DNA of 36,638 nucleotides, taken from positions 1-36,638 of the forward strand of contig JBBIJY010000025.1 of assembly GCA_037445735.1 (NCBI GenBank), in the 5' to 3' direction. A model generated the notes under the pieces. It saw nothing but the letters and a program-made list of their open reading frames with translations. It did no database searches and was not told where the DNA came from. Every line of letters begins with the position of its first letter. The first letter of the stretch is position 1. The DNA comes from Armatimonadota bacterium (GTDB lineage: Bacteria > Armatimonadota > Fimbriimonadia > Fimbriimonadales > GBS-DC). Of this stretch, positions 8,201-17,175 are shown one piece after another. The position numbers and the translations under genes are program-made.

Positions 8201-9436
8201 ATGAGGTATGCGTGTGTATTCGGGATAGCCACTCTGGTGGCTGGATTGCTGATTGTTTCGGCAGGCGCTCAGGCGATTGCGCCGGGCGCGGTCCTGGCGG
8301 AGGAGACACCTCGCACAATTGTGGTTGACCCTGCAAAATTGCAGTTTCACCGCGTTTATATTGGCAGCGACTTCCGACCCGCTGGTGAGCTGCCCGACCC
8401 ATATGTGTACGCCCAGACGATGCAACTGCGCTGGGCGCCAGATGGCACCGCGTTTCTCAGCTACACCTCGCTTGTAACAGCCACAACCACCACGCGCGCG
8501 GATGATGTGGTGCTGTTCGGTGGCACCGCGGTTGACCCTGGCACCCTGGGCTATGACCTTGTTACTCCTGTTGCCTGCATCAGCGAGATCGATGTGCTGC
8601 TGGTGAATGCAGGCACAGCCGACACAACGGTTAATATCACGCTTGATCTCCATCCATGGACAGGCATCTTTGGGCAAGGGGCGCTCCCTTCCACCTTCAC
8701 CATGACTGCGACAGGGGTCACCCTGCCTGCAAACAGCCTGGTACTGCTCACCTTTGATGTAAAGGCTGCGAATAACAACAACCCGTTGCCCGTGCCCAAA
8801 GCGTTTTGGGTCAAGCTGAGCGCGCCATCGGGTACGCCGTCCACCATTGGCTGGATTATCGGCAACAGCATACCGGGCAACACCTCAACGCTCCCAGGGC
8901 GCGGCTACTTCCGAACGGATCCAACGGCAACAGGCGGTCTCGTCTTCACTGGCTTGCCGCAGGGGAGCCTGGCGATGGCAATTCGCGGCACGCACAACTT
9001 CGTGGGGCAGCTCGACCTGAGCGCGCTGTCTGACCGCGCGAAGCCGAAAGACCTCTGGGACATCGAGTTCGATGCCGATGGCGCCAGCGACCCTGACGGT
9101 AACCTTGTTGAAGAGGGGCTGCGGCGCAACCTCATCGATGTGACGGTCACCAACGATAGCGGCACACCCTTCTCCTCACGGTTTGTGACCTACATCGACG
9201 CGAATGGTCGCTTCACACTCCCGGTTGCCCCTGCAATCAGCCAGATTAAGGTGCGCCGCTGGGATAACGCGCTCGCAGCGACCTTCAGTCGCCCCGGCAG
9301 TGGCTGGAGTACCGATCCGTGCAACCCGACCGACCTCGGCAGCGTGACGGTCACCTTCGGTGATGTGAACGGCGACGGTATCATCGACGACGCCGACCTG
9401 CTCGCCGTGCTGTTCGGCTTCGGTTCAGGCGAGTAA
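8201..9436 (+). CDS. Secreted hypothetical protein with a C-terminal single dockerin/EF-hand-like motif
   Basis: Sec signal peptide (..AGAQA), Thr/Gly/Pro-rich beta body, ends GDVNGDGIIDDADLLAVLFGFG. Confidence 0.8.
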   Translation: MRYACVFGIATLVAGLLIVSAGAQAIAPGAVLAEETPRTIVVDPAKLQFHRVYIGSDFRPAGELPDPYVYAQTMQLRWAPDGTAFLSYTSLVTATTTTRADDVVLFGGTAVDPGTLGYDLVTPVACISEIDVLLVNAGTADTTVNITLDLHPWTGIFGQGALPSTFTMTATGVTLPANSLVLLTFDVKAANNNNPLPVPKAFWVKLSAPSGTPSTIGWIIGNSIPGNTSTLPGRGYFRTDPTATGGLVFTGLPQGSLAMAIRGTHNFVGQLDLSALSDRAKPKDLWDIEFDADGASDPDGNLVEEGLRRNLIDVTVTNDSGTPFSSRFVTYIDANGRFTLPVAPAISQIKVRRWDNALAATFSRPGSGWSTDPCNPTDLGSVTVTFGDVNGDGIIDDADLLAVLFGFGSGE

Positions 9437-9465
9437 ATGCCCACCGAGCCTTCTACCAGCTCAAC

Positions 9466-9491
9466 GCCCCCACCTGTTTTCGGGTGGGGGC
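9466..9491. terminator. GC-rich hairpin between convergent genes
   Basis: GCCCCCACCTG-TTTT-CGGGTGGGGGC. Confidence 0.65.
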
Positions 9492-9492
9492 A

Positions 9493-10251
9493 TCATTTCA
9501 GGCGCGTCCACTCTTGCCGAAACCGCTCCAGCGCGTGCAAAAACGGCTCATCGATGCGGTAGACCATAATCTCGCGCAGGTAGCGGTCGCAGAGGGCGAC
9601 GGGTAGACCCGTGCGCTGCGCCTCGCTGTGAATAATCTCCTCTAAATGCGCTTCGCCCCAGGCGCAGGCGGTGTGCATCAGGTCGGTGAGCGCGTTCAGC
9701 GGCGCGTCGGCATTCGCGAGCCAGACCGCCCACACGAAGGGCAAGCCTGTCCACCGCCACCACGCCTCGCCCAGGTCCAGCACGAACAGTCCCTCACCGC
9801 TCGCGCTCATGCCCGCGTCGCCAATCAGCAGTGCGGCGTCCGCCTGCTGAAACATCGCCTTCAGGTCGGGCGCGTGATGACTATAGTGCGGCTGAACACC
9901 ATAAACCCTGCGCAGCAGGATGCGCGTCAGCGCAGAGGAGGTCAGCGAGCTGTCGTCCAGCGCGACGGTGCGAATCTGTTCAAAGGGCACCTTGCTGAAC
10001 AGGCGCACGCTCAGCACCTCGCGGCGCGTGGCAATTGCCAGACCGGGCACAAAGCGGGTGTCGGGGCGACGGAACCACTCGACAGATGACACCAGCGCGA
10101 CATCGATCGCGCCTGCCTCCAGCCAGCTCGCCAGCAGCGACGGCGGCGCGTACCGTACCTCTGCTACCTGCCGACCCACCGCCGTCTCGAACCAGCGCGT
10201 GAGCGGCGCCCCGTTCATGTAGGGCACACTGCCAATCACAAAGCGTCTCAT
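9493..10251 (-). CDS. mqnA: Chorismate dehydratase (futalosine menaquinone pathway)
   Basis: IGSVPYMNGAPL, VLSVRLFS, SLTSSAL, LLIGDAG and DLGEAWWRWTGLPFVWAVW; ATGA overlap with the upstream gene. Confidence 0.92.
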   Translation of the reverse strand: MRRFVIGSVPYMNGAPLTRWFETAVGRQVAEVRYAPPSLLASWLEAGAIDVALVSSVEWFRRPDTRFVPGLAIATRREVLSVRLFSKVPFEQIRTVALDDSSLTSSALTRILLRRVYGVQPHYSHHAPDLKAMFQQADAALLIGDAGMSASGEGLFVLDLGEAWWRWTGLPFVWAVWLANADAPLNALTDLMHTACAWGEAHLEEIIHSEAQRTGLPVALCDRYLREIMVYRIDEPFLHALERFRQEWTRLK

Positions 10252-11129
10252 CGCAGCCACCTGTCGAACAGACTGAAAACGAACAGCCCGATGCTCACAT
10301 AGCCATTCAGGGTGAAGAAGGCAACATCCAGTTTGCTCAAGTCGTTCGGGCTGACCAGCGATTGCTCGTAAGCCAGCATCAGCGCGGCGAAGCCGACACC
10401 CGCATAATAGAGCCAGCCCGCCTTCAGCGCGACCCCTGCGGTGATAAAGAACAGTATGCAGATCAGGTGTGACAGGCGCGAAATGGCAATCGCTCGCGCC
10501 TTGCCCAGCGTCTCAGGCAAACTGCGCAAACCGTATTGCTTATCGAACTCGTAGTCCTGCAGGCTGTAAAGGATGTCGAAGCCCGCCACCCAGAAGGCGA
10601 CCGCCAGCGTGAGCAGCATCGGCGTTAGTTCCAGCGTGCCCCGCACCGCAATCCATGTCGCACTCGGCGCAATCCCCAGCGACAGCCCCAGCCAGAAGTG
10701 TGAGAGCGGAGTGAACCGCTTGGAGTAGGAGTAGCCAAGAATGATGACCAGCGCGACGGGGCTGAGCCAGAAGCAGAGCCAGTTCAGTTGCCACGCGGCA
10801 TATACGAAGGCGACAATCGCAATCGCCATCAGCGTCGTCATCTGGCGCACGGTCAGTAATCCCGCAGGCAGGGCGCGATTGCGCGTGCGGGGATTCAGCG
10901 CGTCGATATCGCGGTCGGCGATTCGGTTGAACGCCATCGCCGCCGTGCGCGCGCCCACCATCGCCACCAGAATCCAGCCCAGCACACGCGCGGAGGGCAT
11001 CCCATTCGCCGCATAAATCAGCCCCATCAGCGCAAAGGGCAGCGCGAAGATGGTGTGTTCAAACTTAATCGCCTCCAGCACCAGATGAACCCTGCGCCAC
11101 ACGCGCCCCAGATAGGTTCCCGCCTGCAT
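10248..11129 (-). CDS. UbiA-family prenyltransferase, MqnP-like
   Basis: IKFEHTIFALPFA, AMAFNRIADRDID, GFDILYSLQD and AFFTLNG; adjacent to mqnA. ATG at 11129. Confidence 0.9.
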   Translation of the reverse strand: MQAGTYLGRVWRRVHLVLEAIKFEHTIFALPFALMGLIYAANGMPSARVLGWILVAMVGARTAAMAFNRIADRDIDALNPRTRNRALPAGLLTVRQMTTLMAIAIVAFVYAAWQLNWLCFWLSPVALVIILGYSYSKRFTPLSHFWLGLSLGIAPSATWIAVRGTLELTPMLLTLAVAFWVAGFDILYSLQDYEFDKQYGLRSLPETLGKARAIAISRLSHLICILFFITAGVALKAGWLYYAGVGFAALMLAYEQSLVSPNDLSKLDVAFFTLNGYVSIGLFVFSLFDRWLR

Positions 11130-11131
11130 CC

Positions 11132-11920
11132 TCAAGTCCTCACCCGCCGCAGAATGCGATTGAGCAGCCCCGGTGCGAACCGCTTCAGATAGAGGGCAAT
11201 CTTCTCGGGACCGGCGATATAGACCTCCTCTTTGCGTTTGTAAATCGCATTCACCATATGGCGAGCGCACACATGCGGGTCCATGCCCTTCTCGATGGTC
11301 GTGTCCATCTGACCATGCTCGCTGCCGTCGCCGCGCAGGGCGTGAAGGGAGACCTCCGTACGCACCCAGCCGGGGCAGATAAGCGTTACGAAGATGCCCC
11401 TGTCGTGAACTTCGGCACGCAGGGAGTCGAAAAAGCCGTGCAGGGCGTGCTTGGAGGCGCAATAGGCGGAGCGGAACGCGATGCCGAACTTGCCCAGCAG
11501 GCTGCTGACGACCACGATATGCCCCCGCTCACGCTGAAGCATATAAGGCAGCACGGCTTTCGTCAGCGACACCACCCCGAAGAAGTTGACCTCCAGAATG
11601 CGGCGCACCACCTCCAGCTGGGTCTCCTCCACCAGCGAGCGCTGGGAGACGCCCGCGTTATTGATCAGCACATCGATCCAGCCGAAATGCTCAATCGCGG
11701 CGGCGACCATCGTGGAGTGGCACTCGGTCTGGGTGATGTCGAAGGGCAGGATCAGCACCTTGCCTGTGCCCGTGCAGGCGTCGCGCACCTGTTCGAGCCG
11801 ATCCTGGCGGCGAGCGGACAGCACCAGATGCGCGCCCTCGCGGCTGAAGGCGTATGCCAGCGCCTCACCGATGCCCGACGACGCGCCCGTGATCCAGACA
11901 ACCTTCTCTCGAAAGCGCAT
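11132..11920 (-). CDS. Short-chain dehydrogenase/reductase (DHRS7-like)
   Basis: ITGASSGIG, NNAG and YCASK motifs. Confidence 0.93.
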   Translation of the reverse strand: MRFREKVVWITGASSGIGEALAYAFSREGAHLVLSARRQDRLEQVRDACTGTGKVLILPFDITQTECHSTMVAAAIEHFGWIDVLINNAGVSQRSLVEETQLEVVRRILEVNFFGVVSLTKAVLPYMLQRERGHIVVVSSLLGKFGIAFRSAYCASKHALHGFFDSLRAEVHDRGIFVTLICPGWVRTEVSLHALRGDGSEHGQMDTTIEKGMDPHVCARHMVNAIYKRKEEVYIAGPEKIALYLKRFAPGLLNRILRRVRT

Positions 11921-11921
11921 G

Positions 11922-13025
11922 CTAAATCGCCTGTCGCGCTAATGCCGTTTCGGGCAGGGTCTCGCCCAGACGGGCGGCAATCTCCTCCGGGTTTTGCGCC
12001 ACGCGATACATCTCCTCGCGCGAGATGAGCTTGTGCTGATACAGGAACAGCAGATGGTTGTCCAGCGTGATCATACCGAGCTGATGACCCGTCTGGATAG
12101 CCGACTCGATGCTGTGAATCTTGCGCTCGCGGATCATGTGCCCGATGGCGGGCGTGCAGATCATGATTTCGAAGGCAGCGACGCGCCCGGGTCGGTCCGC
12201 CCGCGGCAGAAGCAGCTGCGAGATGACCGCCACAAGGTTTGTGCTGAGCTGCACCCGAATCTGCTCCTGCTGATCCATCGGGAACACATCGACGATGCGT
12301 TCCACCGTGCGGGCGGCGCCAGTGGTGTGGACGGTGGAGAAAACAAGGTGCCCCGTCTCGGCAGCAGTAATGGCAGCCTGAATCGTGCGCAGGTCACGCA
12401 TCTCGCCCACCAGAATCACATCGGGGTCCATGCGCAGCGCGCGAACGACACCCTCCTCGAACGAGGGCACATCGACGCCCACCTCCCGCTGGCTCACCAC
12501 CGACTTCTTCGGCTCATGGAAATACTCAATCGGGTCTTCGACAGTCACGATGTGAGTGTCGCGATGTGTATTGATATAATCAATCATGGTGGCGAGCGTG
12601 GTGGTCTTGCCGGAGCCAGTGGGACCCGTCACCAGAATCAGCCCGCGCGGCAGGTGCAGCAGGCGTTTGACATGATCGGGCAGACCGATCTCTTCGAAGC
12701 TGCGCAGGCGGTAAGGGATGAGACGGAAGTTGATGGCGATCGCGCCTTTTTCGTAGTAGGCGGCGACGCGGAATCGCGCTTTTTCGTGGGTGTAGCCGAA
12801 GTCGGCGGTGCGCACGCGCTCCAGCTCATGGATCGCGCGTGGGGGCGCCACCTCCCGGAAGAGCCGTTCCGTGTCCGCCGGGCTCAGCTCGCCGAACTCT
12901 TCCAGCCGCACCAGCCGCCCATAAAGCCGCAAAGTCGGTGGCTCGTTCGGCACGATATGAATATCCGAAGCGTCGCGCTCATAACAGATATTGAGCAACT
13001 CGTTCGCCGTTGCATATTTACGCAT
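11922..13025 (-). CDS. pilT: Type IV pilus retraction ATPase PilT family
   Basis: ASDIHI, GPTGSGKTTT, TVEDPIEY, DPDVILVGEMRD and AETGHLVFSTVHT; ATG at 13025 after GGAGG. Confidence 0.93.
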   Translation of the reverse strand: MRKYATANELLNICYERDASDIHIVPNEPPTLRLYGRLVRLEEFGELSPADTERLFREVAPPRAIHELERVRTADFGYTHEKARFRVAAYYEKGAIAINFRLIPYRLRSFEEIGLPDHVKRLLHLPRGLILVTGPTGSGKTTTLATMIDYINTHRDTHIVTVEDPIEYFHEPKKSVVSQREVGVDVPSFEEGVVRALRMDPDVILVGEMRDLRTIQAAITAAETGHLVFSTVHTTGAARTVERIVDVFPMDQQEQIRVQLSTNLVAVISQLLLPRADRPGRVAAFEIMICTPAIGHMIRERKIHSIESAIQTGHQLGMITLDNHLLFLYQHKLISREEMYRVAQNPEEIAARLGETLPETALARQAI

Positions 13026-13085
13026 AGCCGACCCTCCTGCATAATTGTGCCGATTTCGCGGGCGGGGTCGCGATTCCTGCCACAA

Positions 13086-13262
13086 AAACCCCGCCGTGCC
13101 GTGTGCCGTTGGGGTCGCGAACCCCACGGGTTCCTTTTGGGCGCTGAGACCAGCCGCGCGATTCGTCGAGCGAACCCGACGCTGCCACTTGGCATGATCC
13201 TCACGCCCTGCCAGTTCTGGCGACGGTTCGACCCACCGCGGGCATCACGCGCACGGCAGGAT
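13086..13262 (-). ncRNA. ssrS: Probable 6S RNA
   Basis: About 177 nt starting just downstream of TATAAT (13274-13269). 5' CCTGCCGTGC pairs with 3' GCACGGCGGG, followed by TTTTT. Contains 6S-like GTGCGCGTGATG, TCGAACC/GGTTCG and CAACGGCAC segments. Confidence 0.75.
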
Positions 13263-13296
13263 AACCCTATTATACCCCAGAAACGGTAGAATCGGG

Positions 13297-13821
13297 ATGA
13301 TGGACTGGCAGGCGATTCGCGACTGGGCAAGCAGCGCCGAAGCCACGCTGGTGCTGACCGGTGTGCTGATAGCGCTGCTGATATGGAACCTGTGGCTGAC
13401 GCTGCGCTGGCGCGCGTTCCAGCAACGCTGGCGCACACTGCTCACGGGCAGCGAGGGCAACTCGCTGGAGCGACTGCTCTACGAAACGCTGCGACGAGTC
13501 TCCCTGATGGAAGAAACCCTCAAAACGCACGGGAACCATCTCCACCAGCTGCAGAGTCAAACCGATCGGTGCATTCAGCAGGTGGGTATCGTGCGGTACG
13601 ACGCCTTTTCGGATACTGGCGGTCAGCAGAGCTTCGCGCTCGCCCTGCTGAACCGCGCGGGCGACGGCATCGTGCTGAGCGGCATTCATAGCCGACAGGA
13701 GATGCGTGTCTATGCCAAGCCCGTCCAGCAGATGCGCTCCACCATCGGGCTATCGGACGAGGAACGCCTCGCCATCCAGCAGGCGCTGGAGCAGGCATCG
13801 CAAATGGAGGCGCGAGTGTGA
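13297..13821 (+). CDS. DUF4446-family membrane-anchored protein
   Basis: N-terminal TM; VGIVRYDAFSDTGGQQSFALALLN..GDGIVLSGIHSR..YAKP..LSDEE signature. Confidence 0.88.
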   Translation: MMDWQAIRDWASSAEATLVLTGVLIALLIWNLWLTLRWRAFQQRWRTLLTGSEGNSLERLLYETLRRVSLMEETLKTHGNHLHQLQSQTDRCIQQVGIVRYDAFSDTGGQQSFALALLNRAGDGIVLSGIHSRQEMRVYAKPVQQMRSTIGLSDEERLAIQQALEQASQMEARV

Positions 13822-14474
13822 ACGGGTTCGAACTGAGCGACGAGTGGCTCATCGAGCGGTTCAAAGAGGGCGATGAAACCGCCTTCGACCAGCTGGTGCG
13901 CCGCTACGAGCAGAAGGTCTACCAGCACGCCTATCGGCTCACCCATAACGCCGACGACGCCGCCGATGTGACGGCGGAGGCGTTCCTGCGCATGTACACC
14001 GCCCTCAAGCGCTTCCGCGGCGACGCCCAGCTCAGCACATGGCTCTACCGCATCGTGCAAAATGTCTACTTCGACTTCTACAAGCGGGAGCGACGCCACC
14101 AGCACCTGCCACTGGAAATCCCTTCCGAGGAAGACGATGAGCCACTGGAGCTGCCCATCGCGGATGAAAGCATCGATCTGGACGAACACCTGCTGGAGCA
14201 GGAGCGCCAGCGCGTGCTGCGCGAAGCCATCGACCAGCTGCCCGACTACCAGCGCATCGTGGTGCTGCTGTTCCATGAGGAGCAGCTCTCCTATGAGGAG
14301 ATTGCCGCCGTCACGGGGCTGCCGCTGGGCACGATTAAGTCGCGACTGAATCGGGCGCGGGCAACCTTGCGCGAGCTGCTGGAACCCCATCGGGAACTTT
14401 TTGAGACGGGAAGCCGTCCAAACCCTTCGGAGACAGCCGATGCGTTGCGAACAGGTTCAGGCTCTGTTGAATGA
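13818..14474 (+). CDS. ECF sigma-70 factor
   Basis: GDETAFDQLVRRY, FRGDAQLSTWLYRI and LSYEEIAAVTGLPLGTIKSRLNRAR; GTGA overlap. Confidence 0.95.
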   Translation: MNGFELSDEWLIERFKEGDETAFDQLVRRYEQKVYQHAYRLTHNADDAADVTAEAFLRMYTALKRFRGDAQLSTWLYRIVQNVYFDFYKRERRHQHLPLEIPSEEDDEPLELPIADESIDLDEHLLEQERQRVLREAIDQLPDYQRIVVLLFHEEQLSYEEIAAVTGLPLGTIKSRLNRARATLRELLEPHRELFETGSRPNPSETADALRTGSGSVE

Positions 14475-15360
14475 CTATCTGGAGGGTGCGCTGAGCGCTG
14501 GGGTCCGGCAGTCGCTGGAGGCGCACTTGAGCGCGTGTGCGGGTTGCCGTCGGGAGTGGCAGTTCCGTCAGGGCATCTGGCGCGCGCTGGCGCGGACCCC
14601 TGTGCCGGACGCGCCACCCGATTTGCACGCGCGGATTCTCACCTATGTGCGCGCGCAGCAGCGGGCACGCCTGCAAAGCCAGCGCATGCTCATCTGGCGA
14701 TGGGTGGGCGCTGCCGCCGCCGCTGCTACGCTCTTCCTGCTGGGCTTCTTCAGCGCGCGCCCTGGCGGCGTGATGGCAGGATTCGACCTCGTTCCGCCCA
14801 AACGCTCTCCAGAAACCGCCATCCCGGCCCCTGTGGAGTCGGGCATCCGCCTGGAGTGGCGGTCGGTGGGCGGTGGGGAGCGCATCCCCATCCTGCAGGC
14901 TGCGCTGAACCGGGAAGCCAGCGCGACGCTCGCGCTCGCGTCGGAACCCGATAGCCCGCCACGCACCGCGCAACGCATCTGGCAGGGTACGCTCCAGCCC
15001 GGCAAAACCGTCGAAATCCCACTGCCACTCATCCAGCGGGCGCCCGCCGATTCTTATGCCGCTACCCTCTGGTGGACGGTGGACGACCAGCATCGGGCGT
15101 TCTTTGTGCCTGACGGCTATCCGCCGATGGCACGGGCAGACCTGCGCCTGCGGGCGAACCTCGCCACCGCACTGGCTCGGTTAGCCAGAACCTATCAGAC
15201 ACCGATTGAGTGGCTGCCTGCGCCCTCGGAGGCGAACCCGCTGGTCGTGCTGGATGTGCATAACGCCACGCTGGAGGAAGCCCTGCAGCAACTGCTGATC
15301 GGCACGCGCTACACAGCGCGAATGGAGAAAGGGCACTGGCGCATCATGCCCCGCGAGTAA
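14440..15360 (+). CDS. Zinc-finger (zf-HC2) transmembrane anti-sigma factor with a C-terminal FecR_C/STN-like domain
   Basis: MRC..HLSACAGC (HxxxCxxC), one TM helix, then LATALARLARTYQTPI..LDVHNATLEEALQQLL. Confidence 0.82.
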   Translation: MRCEQVQALLNDYLEGALSAGVRQSLEAHLSACAGCRREWQFRQGIWRALARTPVPDAPPDLHARILTYVRAQQRARLQSQRMLIWRWVGAAAAAATLFLLGFFSARPGGVMAGFDLVPPKRSPETAIPAPVESGIRLEWRSVGGGERIPILQAALNREASATLALASEPDSPPRTAQRIWQGTLQPGKTVEIPLPLIQRAPADSYAATLWWTVDDQHRAFFVPDGYPPMARADLRLRANLATALARLARTYQTPIEWLPAPSEANPLVVLDVHNATLEEALQQLLIGTRYTARMEKGHWRIMPRE

Positions 15361-15443
15361 GAAGGGCGTAGTCACCGCACTCCGCCTTCGCCTCCCAGAG
15401 CCATCTATGGCACGAAAGTTGCTGCTCTCCCTTTTAGCGGGGT

Positions 15444-16349
15444 ATGGGAATGTTCGCATCACAGCGCCTTTATGCGGAAGAGGAGCCACTTATAGACGAT
15501 TATCTGGAGCCAGATGAGGGGCTGGAGCAGGGGCTGCGCGGCAGCGTGCTGGATAGCGTGCTGGGTGCCGTCCTGCGCCGACCGCTGCTCACTCCCGAAG
15601 AGGAGGCAGAACTGCTTCAGCGCGCTCAGGCAGGGGACGAAGACGCCCGCAACCGACTCGTCGAGAGCAATCTGCGCCTGGTGCTGAGCGTCGCCCGCCG
15701 CTATGCACGACCCGGTCTCCCCCTGGAAGACCTCGTGCAGGAAGGCGCTCTCGGACTGATCAAAGCCATCAACCACTTCGACACCAGTCGCGGGCTGCGC
15801 TTCAGCACCTATGCCATCCACTGGATTCGCCAGGCGATCGGGCGTGCTGCCGATTCGCAAGCGGGTCTGATCCGCCTGCCAAACCACGCCATCGATGCCC
15901 TGCGCCGAATCGAGCGGGCACGCGCGGAGCTGCGCCTGCAACACGGCACGGAGCCAACACCCGAACAGATTGCCACCTATCTGGGAATGCCGATTAGCAA
16001 AGTTCACCGTCTGCTCAAATACACGCAAAGCCATCTGTCGCTGGAACAGAAAAGCGATGACGAGCAGGACGCCCCACTGGGCGCATTCATCGCCAATCCT
16101 GAAGAGGAGGACCCGGAGACGGTGGCGTTCTATCGCCTCTGGCTCTGGGAGCTGCTGGAGCTGGCGCAGAAGCACCTGACGCCGCGCGAGTGCTGGGCAA
16201 TCCATCGCTGGCTGGGGCTGGAAGTCAGCGAGATCCCGCCCGGCTGCAAAGCGCGCCTCTCGCGCGAGCGGGTGCGACAGCTGGAGAAGCGCGCCATCGA
16301 AAAACTGCGCACCCTCGCCCATCAGCACTACATGGTGCCTGGCGGCTAA
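15444..16349 (+). CDS. RpoD/RpoS-like alternative sigma factor (no region 1.1)
   Basis: LLTPEEE, LVESNLRLVLSVARRY, DLVQEG..GLIKA, FSTYAIHWIRQAI and SRERVRQLE. Confidence 0.9.
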   Translation: MGMFASQRLYAEEEPLIDDYLEPDEGLEQGLRGSVLDSVLGAVLRRPLLTPEEEAELLQRAQAGDEDARNRLVESNLRLVLSVARRYARPGLPLEDLVQEGALGLIKAINHFDTSRGLRFSTYAIHWIRQAIGRAADSQAGLIRLPNHAIDALRRIERARAELRLQHGTEPTPEQIATYLGMPISKVHRLLKYTQSHLSLEQKSDDEQDAPLGAFIANPEEEDPETVAFYRLWLWELLELAQKHLTPRECWAIHRWLGLEVSEIPPGCKARLSRERVRQLEKRAIEKLRTLAHQHYMVPGG

Positions 16350-16350
16350 C

Positions 16351-17133
16351 TCAGTGGAGCACTGCGATGTAGGCGGGGAAGCCACGACTTTCCAGCTGCT
16401 GCTTCATCTGCTCCGCTTTGGCGCGGTCGCGCGTCACCAGCACCTGCACCCGATAGCGCGTGCGCCCCTCCACCTGAAACGGCACGATGGTCGCCCCGAA
16501 GCCGCTGGCGTTGAGCGTTTGAACCAGCGCGTTCGCCCGCTCCCGCTGGTCATACACCCCGACCTGCACGCGATAGAGCGTCTGCTCGCCACTGCTGGGC
16601 GGTGGCGGGACTGGTTTCGGCTCTGGCTGGGGCGCGGGCGGCTCCGCCGGCGGCTCGGCGGGCGTTTCGGCAGGTATCTCGGCGGGCGGCGGCTCCGGCT
16701 CCTCGTCAGGCACAAGCAGGGTCTCCTCGTCCGACGGTGCACTCTCATCCGCAGGGGTCTCCACCGATTCGGCGCGCTTCTGCTGGCGCACCTTCTCCCG
16801 CCGCTTAACAAAACGGTCGTAATCGAACGGGGCGACCTCGCGCGTGCCAATCTCCGCGCCTGTCGACGCCACCACATCAGCGGGCAGCTTCTCATACACC
16901 TCCACCTTCGGCATCGGCGGCGGCTGGCGACTTGAATCAGTAGAAGTCTCTACCCCCGCTCGCCAGCGCAGCTTCGGGGTGCCTTCAGGCGTGAAGGTCA
17001 GGCGCGGTCCAATCACATAGTAGCCCAGCGCCAGAAACACCAGAAAGACCGCCACGCCAAAACCCACCGTCTTCAAAAAGCGCCTCATCGAAAAGCCCTC
17101 ATCCTCATCTACTGAACGGAAGTCGAGCGGCAT
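16351..17133 (-). CDS. SPOR-domain membrane protein (FtsN/DedD-like architecture)
   Basis: N-terminal TM, Pro/Glu-rich linker, C-terminal YRVQVGVY..YRVQV SPOR repeats; ATG at 17133 after GGAGGTG. Confidence 0.85.
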   Translation of the reverse strand: MPLDFRSVDEDEGFSMRRFLKTVGFGVAVFLVFLALGYYVIGPRLTFTPEGTPKLRWRAGVETSTDSSRQPPPMPKVEVYEKLPADVVASTGAEIGTREVAPFDYDRFVKRREKVRQQKRAESVETPADESAPSDEETLLVPDEEPEPPPAEIPAETPAEPPAEPPAPQPEPKPVPPPPSSGEQTLYRVQVGVYDQRERANALVQTLNASGFGATIVPFQVEGRTRYRVQVLVTRDRAKAEQMKQQLESRGFPAYIAVLH

Positions 17134-17175
17134 CAGCTCACCTCCTGCAACAGCAGCCACTCGAATTATAGCATG

